From positions 248,001-312,000 of the forward strand of contig UYFQ01000600.1 in NCBI GenBank assembly GCA_900617105.1: a stretch of 64,000 nt of DNA, read 5' to 3'. A program made the position numbers and the translations under genes. A model generated the notes under the pieces. It was not told where the DNA came from and ran no database searches. It saw only the letters and a list, made by a program, of their open reading frames with translations. Positions 1 to 11,095 of this stretch are shown here, in pieces (position 1 is the first letter of the stretch; every line of letters starts with the position of its first letter). This DNA is from Hydrurus foetidus. Its lineage: Eukaryota.

Positions 1-942
1 AGCCCATCTGCTGGTGCTCAACAACAGCGGCGGCATACCCAATAACGACGCAGGACGGCCCAGGGCGTCGACAATATCGAGGTCTCGCGCCCGCGCACCC
101 GCCTGTTTGAGGCCTGGGTGCAGCAGAGCTTCGCCGCCGACAGCGCCTCGGTGCGGATCGGCCTCTACGACCTCAACAGCGAATTCTACGCCAATGACAG
201 CGCCGGACTGCTGATCGCCCCGGCCTTCGGCATCGGCTCGGAACTGGCCGCCACCGGCCCCAACGGCCCGTCGATCTTTCCCTCCACCGCCCTGGCCATC
301 CGCCTGAAATGGGCGCCGCGCGAGGATCTCTACGTCCAGGCCGCCGCGCTGAACGCCGAGGCCGGCGTGCTGGGTGACCCCGACGGGATCGACACCTCGT
401 TCGATAGCGGCGCCCTGCTGATCGCCGAGGCGGGCTGGGCCGGCTCCAGCAAACTGGCCATCGGGGCCTGGCGCTATACCCGCGAGCAGGACGACATCCG
501 CGACCTGGACGCCGCCGGCGACCCGGCGCGCCGCAACGCCCACGGCGTCTATCTGCTGGCCGAGCATCCGCTGCACACGCGAACCGAAGGCCCGCGTCGC
601 GGCGTCGCCTTCGCGCGCCTGGGCCTGTCAGATGGCGCCACCACCGACTTCTCGGGGGGCTGGCAGGCCGGGATCCTGATCCAGCAGGTCTTTGCAGGTC
701 GCCCCGACAGCGCCCTGTCGTTCGGCGCCAACCAGGCCTGGTTCAGCGACAGGAGCCGCGCCAACGCCCTCGACGCCGGCACGTCCCTGCGCCGCTCCGA
801 AGCGGCCCTGGAACTGACCTATGCCGATACGTTCGGCCCGATCACCCTGCAGCCCGACCTGCAATATGTGATCAACCCGGCCGGCGACGCGAGCATCGGC
901 CACGCGGTCATCGCGGCCCTGCGGATCAGCGTCGGGTTCTAG
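1..942 (+). CDS. Carbohydrate-selective porin, OprB family (5'-truncated by window, frameshift near 100-118)
   Basis: Motifs RIGLYDLNSEF, GPSIFP and LQPDLQYVINP; C-terminal Phe typical of outer-membrane beta-barrels. Confidence 0.85.
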
Positions 943-972
943 ATCAAAGCGACAACCGCCCTCGCGATCTTG

Positions 973-998
973 AATGTAAGGCATTTTTCCCTTACATT
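973..998. promoter_or_regulatory. Inverted repeat AATGTAAGG-N8-CCTTACATT, probable TA autoregulatory operator
   Basis: Perfect 9-bp inverted repeat 20 bp upstream of the antitoxin ATG. Confidence 0.6.
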
Positions 999-1018
999 TT
1001 GGGTCAGGGAGACGCGAC

Positions 1019-1270
1019 ATGAATACGCTCACCGTCACCAGCAAGGGTCAGGTCACCCTTCGCAAGGGATTGCTCGACCACCTGGGCATTGGCCCCGGCG
1101 ACAAGATCACACTGAGCAAGCTGCCCGACGGGCGGATTGAGGTGAGGGCCGCGAAACCTGCCGGCAACATCGCCGATGCGTTCGACTTCCTGAAGCGCCA
1201 GGGCGGGCCATCCCTCTCCATCGAGGAGATGAACGCCATCGCCTCCCGCGGCTGGGCCGGCAAAAGGTGA
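1019..1270 (+). CDS. AbrB/MazE/SpoVT-family antitoxin
   Basis: TVTSKGQVTL...LGIGPGDKI swapped-hairpin signature, 83 aa, overlaps PIN gene by 4 nt. Confidence 0.9.
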   Translation: MNTLTVTSKGQVTLRKGLLDHLGIGPGDKITLSKLPDGRIEVRAAKPAGNIADAFDFLKRQGGPSLSIEEMNAIASRGWAGKR

Positions 1271-1665
1271 AGATCACCGCCGACACCAACATCCTCGTCC
1301 GGGCCATCACCGGAGACGATCCGCAGCAAAGCCCTCGGGCCCAGGTCGAACTGGCCAATGCAGAGCTTGTCGCCCTGACCCTGCCCGCTCTGTGCGAACT
1401 GGTGTGGGTGCTGTCCAGGGGCTATCGGGTCCCCGCGTCAGACATCGGCGAAGCCATCCAGCGGCTGATGAACGGCGCCAATGTCGTCGTCGACCGTCCG
1501 GCAGTGGAGGCTGGCCTGAGCGTGCTCAGGGCCGGCGGCGATTTTGCCGATGGCGTCATCGCCCATGAAGGCGGCTGGCTGGGCGCCGAGACCTTCGTGT
1601 CGTTCGACGACCAGGCCGTGAGGTTGCTGGACGCCCAGGGCCTGAGCGCGCGCTTCCCCGCGTGA
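1267..1665 (+). CDS. PIN-domain (VapC-type) toxin
   Basis: DTNILVR, ELVWVL, DFADGVI and SFD acidic PIN motifs, 132 aa. Confidence 0.9.
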   Translation: MKITADTNILVRAITGDDPQQSPRAQVELANAELVALTLPALCELVWVLSRGYRVPASDIGEAIQRLMNGANVVVDRPAVEAGLSVLRAGGDFADGVIAHEGGWLGAETFVSFDDQAVRLLDAQGLSARFPA

Positions 1666-1761
1666 GGCGGAAGTTCGCGGGCTGAAACGGTCCCGATGCA
1701 AAGCGGGCCCGCCGTGGATGCGGCGAGCCCGTTTGGTCGAACCTCTATCGGAAGCGTTGAA

Positions 1762-3695
1762 TCAGAACTCTTCCCACTCTTCCTTGACCGCAACGGCGGC
1801 CGAGCTGCGGCCCGGACGGACGGCGGTCTGCGGACGGGCGCGCGGCGGCGGCGCGGCGCGGTTGCCCGCCTGAGGGGGAGCCTGGGAGGCGGCCTGGGCC
1901 GCGCCACCGGCGGACACCTTGAACCGGCCCACCAGATTGGCGAGTTCGCTGGCCTCGCCCTTCAGGGCGTGGGTGGCGGCGGTGGCCTGTTCGACCATGG
2001 CCGCGTTCTGCTGAACCACCTGGTCCATCTGGTTCACGGCCTGATTGACCTCGTGCAGACCCGTGGACTGCTCGGTGGCCGAGGCGGCGATCTCGTTGAC
2101 CAGGGCGTCGATCGAGGCGACCTGGGTGACGATGCGCTGCAGGGCCTCGCCCGTCTGGCCCACCAGGCTGACGCCCGTGCCGACCTGCTGGGTCGAGGTC
2201 GAGATCAGGACCTTGATCTCCTTGGCCGCGTCGGCCGAGCGCTGGGCCAGCGCCCGCACTTCCTGCGCCACGACCGCGAAGCCGCGACCCGCCTCACCGG
2301 CGCGAGCGGCTTCGACGCCGGCGTTCAGGGCCAGAAGGTTGGTCTGGAAGGCGATCTCGTCGATCACCCCGATGATGTTGCCGACCTTCTGCGAGGACCC
2401 CTCGATCTCGGTCATGGCCGCGACGGCCTGGCTGACGATCTCGCCCGAGCGCTGGGCGTCGGTGCGGGCGTTGGCCACCACCTGCGAGGCCTCCTTGGCG
2501 CCCGAGGCCGTCCGGCGAACCGTGGCGGTGATCTCGTCGAGGGCGGCGGCGGTTTCTTCCAGGCTGGCGGCCTGCTGCTCGGTGCGGCGCGACAGATCGT
2601 CAGAAGCCCGGGCGATCTCGTCGGCGCCGGCGCTGACGCCATCGGTGGTGGCGGTGATCGCCTTCATGGCGTCCAGCACGCGTTCGGCGGCGGCGTTGAA
2701 ATTGGCCTTCAGGCCCTCGGCCTTCGGCGAGAACGGTATCGTGATGCGGTGCGTCAGGTCGCCCGAGGCCAGGTGATCCAGGGCCTCGTTGAGGGCGGCG
2801 AAATTGGCCGCGTCGCTGCGGGCCACCTCGCTCTTCTCGTCCTCGTTGGCGGCGCGCTCGGTCTCGACAGCCCGGCGCTGATGGGCGGCGTCGGCTTCGA
2901 GGCGGATCTTCTCGAGCGCGGCTTCCTTGAAGTGGCTGACGGCGGCGGCCATCTGGCCGATCTCGTCCTTGCGGCCGGCGGCCGGCACGGCCACCGAATG
3001 GTCGCCCGAGGCCAGGCGGCGCATGGCGCCGGTCATGGCGGCGGACCGGCAATGCCGCTGGTCAGCAGCAGGCCGCTGGCCAGGGCGATGGCGGCGGTGA
3101 CCAGGATGCCGATGGCTAGGGTCAGGGTCGAGGCGATCGAGGCCTTCTTCTGGGCGGCGGCTTCGGCGGCGACCACGGCCTCGGAGTCGTCGACGATGGC
3201 CTGGATGGCGTTTTCGACCGGCTCGACGGCCTTGTCGGCGACGCCGTCGTGCTTGACCAGGTCGATGGCCTGCGGGCGCGTCAGGGGATCGCGGCCCAGG
3301 CTCAGGGCGGGCTCGATGGCCTGCGAGCGATAGTCGGCATAGGCGGCGTCAACGGCGGCGATGCGAGCCAGATCCGCCTCGTCGCCCTTGTTCAGCTCGC
3401 GCAGCTTGTCCAGCGCCGCCAGGAACTTGGGCTTGTGGGCCTCTTCCAGACGCTTGACGTAATACTCATCGCCCGACAGCAGGAAGCCCCGCAGCGAGTT
3501 TTCCTGCCGGGTCAGGCGGAAGGCTGCGGTGTCGGCGGCGCGCAACGACTGATAGGCCCGCTCGGTCCGCTCGACGGAACGGGTCAGGCTCAGCGTGTTG
3601 GCGTAGAGCGCGGCGCCCATCAGCATGATCGTGGCCAGCATGACGGTAAACACCGTCATCAGCTTTTGCGGAATTCTCAGATCGCCGAACGACAC
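1762..3695 (-). CDS. Methyl-accepting chemotaxis protein (CHASE3-like sensor, HAMP, MCP signal domain); one frameshift near 3035
   Basis: [45 protein letters not shown] sensor motif; C-terminal EWEEF pentapeptide. Confidence 0.92.
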
Positions 3696-3866
3696 AGCCA
3701 ACTCCTGGATTGTGTGGCGACGCCGTCAAACCTTAGAGATTACAGAGATTTAAACCTGAATCCGCAGCACGGCGCCGGCCCTAGGCATGCCCTGAAATCC
3801 GTTTCCACGGCATTAACGATGGCGCCGCGAAATGTCGCATATCGGCCCGTTTCGCCGCTTTCTTGA

Positions 3867-6662
3867 TCAGTGGGCCTCATCCCAGTTGAGCGCCGCGCGG
3901 GCCTCGACGGTCAGGGGTACGGAAATGGCCACCGCCGGCTCGGCGGCGCCTTCCATCACCCGACGCGCCACGGCGCAGGTGGCTTCGGCCTCGGCTTCGG
4001 GGGCTTCGAAGACCAGTTCATCGTGCACCTGCAGCAGGACCTTCGACGACAGGCCGGCCTCGACCAGGGCGCCCGGCATGCGGATCATCGCCCGGCGCAT
4101 CACGTCGGCCGCCGCGCCCTGGATCGGCGCATTGATCGCCGCCCGCTCGGAGAACTGCCGCTGGGCCGCCGACTTGGCGTGGATGTCGGGGATGTTGATC
4201 TTGCGGCCGAAGATCGTCGTCACATAGCCATGCTCGCGCACGAAGGCCTTGGTGGCGTCCATATAGGCCTGGATGCCGGGGAAGCGCTCGAAATAGGTCT
4301 TGATATAGGCCCCGGCCTCGCCCTGGCCGATGCCCAGCTGGTTGGCCAGGCCAAAGGCGCTGATGCCATAGACGATGCCGAAATTGATCGCCTTGGCCCG
4401 GCGGCGCACCTCGCTGGGCATGCCCTCGATCGGCACGCCGAACATTTCCGAGGCGGTCATGGCGTGGATGTCGAGGCCCTCCTGGAAGGCCTTTTTCAGC
4501 TGGGGGATGTCGCCGATATGGGCCAGCAGGCGCAGCTCGATCTGGCTGTAGTCGGCGCTGATCAGCAGCTTGCCCGGCGCGGCCACGAAGGCCTTGCGGA
4601 TCTTGCGGCCTTCCTCGGTGCGGATCGGGATGTTCTGCAGGTTCGGATCCGACGACGACAGCCGTCCCGTCGTCGTCGCCGCCAGGGCGTAAGAGGTGTG
4701 GATGCGGTTCTCGCTGCCCGGCGCGATGGCCGCGATCAGGTTGTCGGTATAGGTGCCCTTGAGCTTGGACAGCTGGCGCCAGTCCAGCAGCACGCGCGGC
4801 AGCTCGTGCCCAGCCAGGCCCAGCACGTCGCTGTCGGTCGACCACTGGCCGGTGGCGGTCTTCTTGCCGCCGGGCAGGCCATTATCTCGCCAAACAGGAT
4901 CTCGCCCATCTGTTTGGGGCTGCCCAGTTGAACGGATGGCCGACCAGTTTCTGGGCCTGGGCCTCGAACTCGGCCATGCGCATCGAGAACTCGTTGGACA
5001 GCCGGCGCAGGGTTTCGGGATCGACCCGGATGCCCTCATTCTCCATCGCCGCCAGCACCGGCGGCAAGGGACGCTCCAGGGTCTCATAGACGGTGGCAGG
5101 CCTTCGGCCGCCAGGCTGGGGCTTGAGGATGCCAGAGCCGCAGGTGACGTCGGCGTCCTCGGCGGCATAGGCCTCGTTTCAGGCTCACGTGCTTGAAGCT
5201 TTCTGGGCCTTGCCGGTGCCGCCACCGCTTGAACGGGATGGGCTCGTGGCCCAGGTGGAGCCTGACAGCTCGTCCATGCCGTGGCCGTGCAGATCCTCAC
5301 TCCCAATGGTGTCGGTCTGCGACGCCCTCTGCCCGACAGCACGTACGTATTTGCCGTTCTGGGCGACCTTCAGCACCGCCGGGTCTTCCAGCAGCAGCCG
5401 CCCAAGACGGCGATCGCCTCGGCCAGCGGGATCTGCTCCAGGCTGGCGGCGGTCCGAAGGCCCAGGCCCTCAGCCTTTTCCTCATGGGCAGCGGCACCAG
5501 CGCCAGGGCCGCCGCCGACCCGCCTGGCCAGCCCGCGTTCCGTCTGGCGACGACGCCCTTGGCCGTGGCCCGGTCGACCCAGGCCTGCAGGGTGGCCAGG
5601 TCGCGCACGCAGGCATAGGCGCTGGTGTCGATGGTGGCTTCTGATCGTCGCCGGGAGCGGCCGCCTGGGCTGGGCGGCGCCGGGATAGACACGGTCGCCA
5701 CCGGGGCCGGCGGGCCGCCCCGACCGGGCGATCCAGCGTGTGGCGGCGGCGGCGCTGCCGTCGCCAACTCGGCGGGCCAGGGTGCGGAATCGTCCCGAGG
5801 AAAGCCTGCAGCACGGCTTGTCGGGCTCGCGCGCAGGTCAGGTCGGCGATCGGCTCTGGCAGGTGTCGCAGTCCAGTGGCGCCATAAGCACCGTCTGGTC
5901 CCTGAAGGCGATCAGGGTCTCGCGCCGCTTGGGCTGCTTGATCTCGCCGGCCCGGGCCAGCAGGGTGTCGAGGTCGCCATATTCATTGATCAGCTGGGCG
6001 GCGGTCTTGATGCCGATGCCGGGGGCGCCGGGCACATTGTCGACGCTGTCGCCGCACAGGGCCTGAACGTCGACCACCTTGTCGGGATAGACGCCGAACT
6101 TCTCGAACACCTGCTCGCGGTCAATGCGCAGGCCCTTCATCGGGTCAAACATCGACACGCCGTCGCCGACCAGCTGCATCAGGTCCTTGTCGGACGACAC
6201 GATTACCGCCTCGCCGCCCATTTCGCGCACCCGGCAGGCATAGGCGGCGATCAGGTCATCGGCCTCATAGCCGGGCAGTTCGATGGCCGGCACGCCAAAC
6301 GCCAGGGTCGCCTCGCGCACCAGCGGAAACTGCGGGATCAGATCCTCGGGCGGCGGCGGGCGGTGGGCCTTGTACTTGTCATAGAGCTTGTTGCGGAAGG
6401 TCTTTTCCGAGTGGTCCCAGATCACCGCCAGATGGGTGGGCGTATCGCCCTGCATGTCGCGCAGCAGCTTCCACAGCATGTTGCAGAAACCCTGCACCGC
6501 GCCCACCGGCAGGCCGTCGCTCTTGCGGGTCAGGGGCGGCAGGGCGTGATAGGCGCGAAACAGATAGGCCGAGCCGTCGACCAGGAACAGCCGCACGGCG
6601 GGGCCGTCTGCGGGCATGGTCGGGGCGGTGGCAGAATCGGCGGGCGCAGCGGTGTCGGTCAT
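3867..6662 (-). CDS. polA: DNA polymerase I (multiple frameshifts)
   Basis: N-terminal LVDGSAYLFRAYHALPPL and YEADDLIA 5'-3' exonuclease; TTTGRLSSSDPNLQNIP, ADYSQIELRLLAH, KAINFGIVYG, LQVHDEL polymerase motifs. Confidence 0.97.
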
Positions 6663-6803
6663 GCCCGGACCATAGGCTGGCGACCGGGCGGCGGGAAGAC
6701 TTGGCGCCATCCCCAGTGACAACCTATTGCGTCGCACCCCAGGTTATCTTCTACCCAGAGCTGCGGGCCATGATCGTCGTGGGTGTTGTCGGGCAGTTTT
6801 CCG

Positions 6804-7998
6804 ATGAAGCATTCATGGTTTTATGATCTGGTCGCCGCGATCGCGGGACCCGTCCTGGCCCAGGACGATGAGGACGCCGCCGCCGGCTGGCGGCCCCAGT
6901 TCATCGCGGCGCCAAACTCGCCGACGTCAAGGTTGCCTATCCCAGGCCGTTTCGATCAGAAGATCTCGGGCGACGTCACCCCGCCCGCGGCCGACACCGG
7001 GGCGGCCTGGCACTGCACGATCTTCAAGGCGAGGCCGGCCGGACAGGGCTTCGGCGCGGCGGCCCTGCAACCGGTCGGCAAGGAGCGATCAAGACCCGGG
7101 ACATGTCCAGGCTCTCGCGTCGACCTGTCAAGACCATCGCCCCTGGCCTGGGACTCAATCCCGACTGGGTCAAGCCCAGCCCCCAGGCATGCGCCCACAC
7201 GCGAGAGGGCTTTCTGCAGAACTGCAAGGTGGTGTCCGAGGACCCACCGGGCTTGGGCTTTAGTGGCCGGCCTGCAGCTGGCCCGCAGTTTCGGATGAGT
7301 CCGAAGATCCGTGGCGGCAAGGCCATGAGCAGCGATGTCACCGTGCCGATCATCTGGTCGGGTCTGGTCAACAGCAACCTGAGCCCCACCGGCCAGAGCC
7401 TGGTCTTGGACCCGCCCTGGACCCAGGCCCCGACCGTCATCGAGGTCGCCGCCGCCTGGCCCGCCGAGGCCGGCGACCTGCCCTCCGGCCAAGCAGCCCT
7501 GCGTTGCGACCTCAACAAGGCCGGTCGCCTGGCCGGGTGCGAGGTGATTTCCCAAGTCCCCAAGGCAAGGGCTTTGGCAAGGCCGCCAGAGCGCTATCGA
7601 AGTCCTTTCAGGTCGCCTTCACGGCCGACAAGGCCAAGGATCTCGACGACTACAAGATCGATATCCCTTCCGCTTTCGCAATCCGGCCACGCCGGATGGG
7701 CGCAAGTTAACTAAGCCGCGCTGGATCCGCACCCTGAGCCCGCAAGGCATGGCCGACACCTACCTGCGGCGGCGACGAGGCTGGAGTGAAGGTCGGGCTT
7801 GGTGTGGTGTCGTGCAGAGTTACGGCGACCGGCGAACTGACCGGTGCCAGGCCGCGCGGGAACCCGCCAACCTGGGTTCGCCGCCGCCGCCATGAAGGCC
7901 GCGAGCCTCATGCGCATGAACCTTGGACCGCAGGGCGACCCTGTCGACGGCCTTCGCATTACCCTGCCGATCCGGTTCGAGTGGCAAGGTCCGCCTAA
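6804..7998 (+). CDS. Multi-domain TonB C-terminal (energy transducer TonB-like) protein, frameshifted
   Basis: Signal-peptide-like start; repeated units C..V.SEDPPGLGF..AA and GRLAGCEVISQVP..GFGKAA; ends ITLPIRFEW. Confidence 0.65.
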
Positions 7999-8089
7999 AG
8001 GGGACCACGGAGGCTGGAAAACCCTGATCGACGACGCGACGGCAGGGCAGAAACGGGGCCGCGACGCCCTGGAAGGCGGGTCGAGGTGT

Positions 8090-8215
8090 GGTCAGGAGCT
8101 GCAGGGCGTGACAGGCGCGAAACAGATAGGCCGAGCCGTCGACCGGGAACAGCCGCACGGCGGGGCCGTCTGCGGGCATGGTCGAGCGGTAGCAGAATCG
8201 GCACGACCGGGCGGC
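8090..8215 (-). repeat. Degenerate direct-repeat copy of the polA 5' end (matches 6528-6641 and 6681-6692)
   Basis: About 113 bp with ~7 differences by eye; encodes MPADGPAVRLFPVDGSAYLFRACHAL versus PolA MPADGPAVRLFLVDGSAYLFRAYHAL. Confidence 0.93.
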
Positions 8216-8552
8216 AAGGACGTCCACCACGCAGGAGCCATTTGAATGGGTCTCGCTGATTCCGGCCTCAAAACGACAAGGGTACGGCGGCGCGGGCAGT
8301 GGACAGATTGATGACCTGAGGTGGTTGGGTCTTGGACGTTGCCATGGCGCGCAGAAGACGCAGTTCTGAGCATTCGCGTTGAGGAGAAGCCGTGCTTGCT
8401 TTCGAGATCGAGTGGGGCGAAAGACGCTTCTGAGGGCGTTAAGGGCCAAGGCATCGCGCTCGATCTGTGAATCGAGGCGGATTCCCCAGGCTCAGTAACG
8501 GAAACCGGCATCCGTCCTGAAGGCTACCCCAGCGACCTCGCCGCCCAAGGCC

Positions 8553-9251
8553 TCACACCACCCGACCCTGCAGCCACAGGATCGCCGGATAGACCGACAG
8601 CCAGGTCCAGAAGAAGCGGTTGAGCCCGAACAGGCAGGCATTGGCCAGGTGGAAGGTCCCGGCGATCACCAGACCGGCGATCAGGCTTTCCCGCGACAGC
8701 AGGGTCAGGGGAAAGGCCAGCTCGAACAGCATCACCGCCCAGGACATCACCAACAGCAGGCGCGGTCGATCGGCCAGGCGGCGCAGGTCCTCGCTGACCG
8801 GATAGGCCGAGAACCGGAAGACGTCGGCCAGGGCCCGCCCGTCGCGCCACTCGGGATTGACCACCTTGACCCAGCCGGAAATGAAATAGGACAGCATCAG
8901 CTGCAGCCCCAGATAGCCGAAGGCCAGCTCCGCCAGGGCCGGCGTCGGCATGAGCCGCGACAGGGTCAGGCACCACAGGGCCAGCAGGCCCATGCGGTCG
9001 CTGCCGCCATTATAGGGCCCCTGGAAGCGCTGCAGGATCAGCAGCGACAGCCCCGCCAGGCCCAGCAGCCCCACCAGATCGACCCCCGGCCAGGACGAAG
9101 CCGCGCCGAGGATCACCAGACCGCACAGCCCGATCCGCGCCAGGAACAGCGGCCGGTCGGCGCGGGGGCCGCTCAGGTGCTCCAGACTCTGCTGGATCAG
9201 GGCCAGGGCCAGCAGGGCCTCGGTCAGGCGGGCGGCGCTCTCCAGGGTCAT
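8553..9251 (-). CDS. HTTM-domain membrane protein
   Basis: Multiple hydrophobic segments; NGGSD, YFISGWVK...W.DG.AL, FELAFPL and FHLANACLFGLNRF motifs. Confidence 0.75.
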   Translation of the reverse strand: MTLESAARLTEALLALALIQQSLEHLSGPRADRPLFLARIGLCGLVILGAASSWPGVDLVGLLGLAGLSLLILQRFQGPYNGGSDRMGLLALWCLTLSRLMPTPALAELAFGYLGLQLMLSYFISGWVKVVNPEWRDGRALADVFRFSAYPVSEDLRRLADRPRLLLVMSWAVMLFELAFPLTLLSRESLIAGLVIAGTFHLANACLFGLNRFFWTWLSVYPAILWLQGRVV

Positions 9252-9679
9252 CGGGTGGTGATCGCCGCAAGCCGGCGGGGCGCCGACTGGAACAGCACCT
9301 CGCGCTGGATCGCTTCGTCCTCGCGGCTGACGAAGACCAGCCGGAAGCTCAGCCAGTCGCCGGTCGCGCCGTTCGCTGTCAGATCGGCGGCGAGGCGCGT
9401 GAAGATCTCGTCCTGGCTATGGTCGGTGGGGGCGTTGATCAGCCGCTCGGCGCAACTGACCAGAAACAGGGTCTCGTTCCAGCGCGGATTCCAGATCAGC
9501 CGGGCCAGCAAGGTCCGCGCCGACACACTCTGGGGTCGGGGACGAAACTCGGTCCAGCCCCGCTTCGGAACGGCGGATGAGGCGGTCAGGGCGTATTCGA
9601 TGCGCGGCGAGGGCGCGATCACGTCGAAGAAGTTCCACGACGGGAGCAGCGCCGGCAGCAGCAGGCTGAGGGGCTTCAA
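9248..9679 (-). CDS. Conserved hypothetical protein coupled to the HTTM gene
   Basis: GGAGGAGG RBS before TTG at 9679; SWNFFDVIAPSPRIEY motif; 4-nt overlap with HTTM gene. Confidence 0.7.
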   Translation of the reverse strand: MKPLSLLLPALLPSWNFFDVIAPSPRIEYALTASSAVPKRGWTEFRPRPQSVSARTLLARLIWNPRWNETLFLVSCAERLINAPTDHSQDEIFTRLAADLTANGATGDWLSFRLVFVSREDEAIQREVLFQSAPRRLAAITTR

Positions 9680-9859
9680 ATGGGATCCCTCCTCCGCAGG
9701 CGGGCGAATCGACAGGCGCGCCGTGCGGCGCAGCGCGATCATCTCCGCCCTAGCGCCCCTTCCGCAATGGCGCGCGTGGCCGCGCGTGCGGGTCGCCGCC
9801 GCCCAGCGCTGGAACTTTTGACATTTGCGTCAAATATTGAAACTGGGGCCCAGATACAC

Positions 9860-9985
9860 CAAACCCGCCGCGGGGGATAATCGCGACGGGCTGGCTATTT
9901 CTCGATCATTCGATCTAGGCGGGCGTTTCCTCCCCGAAACGCCGAAGGAAGGGAGCTCTCTGATGGGCTCTGTTCTTCCTTGCAA
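9860..9985 (-). ncRNA. crfA: Probable CrfA-family small RNA
   Basis: Lies downstream of hisG as recalled for C. crescentus CrfA; TTGACA -35 at 10013-10018 (minus); hairpin GGCGTTTC-GGGGAG-GAAACGCC; terminal hairpin plus TTT at 9861-9892. Family assignment is from memory of synteny and sequence. Confidence 0.65.
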
Positions 9986-10132
9986 GCGTTAGAAACGTCA
10001 TAATTGGGGCGGTGTCAACGACGCCAAGCCCCTTTCTGCAACGGTTTGAGCGTTTTTTTGACGAACTGGACGTAGTTTGGACGCGCCAGTCAAACTTATC
10101 ACTGATCTCTCAGACAATTTTTGACGATATCG

Positions 10133-11095
10133 TCAAATACCACCCTTCAGGCGAGCAGCCAGCTGGTCCAGCACCCGCGATCGGGACTCAAACACATAGT
10201 CGGGACGCGACACGGTGACCGGCTCGACCCCCGCAGCGGCCAGGGCGGCGGCGGCGTCGAACAGGTCGGCGGTGGCCAGCAGGGCGCCGTTGGTCCGGCG
10301 CGAGCCGCCCTTGGCGACAAAGCCGGCGACGGCGGCCTGGGCCTGGTCGTCCTGTTCGGCGGGCCAGACCAGGGTGGCCAGGGTGCGCGCCCGGCCCTTG
10401 GCCTCGACCACCGCCAGCAGGCGCTGCAGGCTGCCCATCTGCTCGGGCGACCAGTCGGCGATCAGCGAGGCGGTCAGCTGGGCCTGGCTCTTCAGGATCA
10501 CGCCGTCGGTCAGGATCTTCAGGCCGTTGGCCGCCAGGGTCGCGCCGGTGGTGGTGATGTCGACGACCAGTTCCGCCGCCCCGGCGGCCGGCGCCCCCTC
10601 GGTGGCGCCGCTGCTTTCGACGATGCGGTAGTCGGCCACGCCGTGGCGGGCGAAGAAGGCCCGGGTCTGGGTGACATACTTGGTCGCCACCCGCAGGCGG
10701 CGGCCGGTGCGGGCCAGATGGGCGTGCCCGACCTCGTCGATATCGGCCATGGTGTCGACGTCCAGCCAGCTCTTGGGCGCGGTGACCACCAGGTCGGCGC
10801 GGCCAAAGCCCAGGGCGCGCAGCAGCATCACCCGGCTGTCCATGTCGTCGCCGCGCTCGCGCAGCAGGTCCTCGCCCGTGACGCCCAGGTGCAGCTCGCC
10901 GGCGTCGAGGCCGGCGGCGATGTCGCCGGCCGACAGCAGGCGCACCGACACGCCGGGCAGGCCGTAGAGTTCAGCGCTATAGCCGCGCGAGCCGCCGGTC
11001 ATCTCCAGCTTGAAGCCGCACTCGGCCAGCCAGGCCTCGACCTGTTCTTTCAGGCGGCCCTTGGAGGGGATGGCGAAGATCATCTGGGCAGTCAT
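10133..11095 (-). CDS. hisG: ATP phosphoribosyltransferase
   Basis: AIPSKGRL, LGVTGEDLL, RVATKY, GATEGAP, VDITTTGATLAANGL. Confidence 0.96.
   Translation of the reverse strand: MTAQMIFAIPSKGRLKEQVEAWLAECGFKLEMTGGSRGYSAELYGLPGVSVRLLSAGDIAAGLDAGELHLGVTGEDLLRERGDDMDSRVMLLRALGFGRADLVVTAPKSWLDVDTMADIDEVGHAHLARTGRRLRVATKYVTQTRAFFARHGVADYRIVESSGATEGAPAAGAAELVVDITTTGATLAANGLKILTDGVILKSQAQLTASLIADWSPEQMGSLQRLLAVVEAKGRARTLATLVWPAEQDDQAQAAVAGFVAKGGSRRTNGALLATADLFDAAAALAAAGVEPVTVSRPDYVFESRSRVLDQLAARLKGGI

Noticed and set aside
9817..9834. Palindrome as an FNR/FixK box
   Set aside because: FNR/FixK needs TTGAT-N4-ATCAA; the spacer here is 6, so it is reported as an unknown motif
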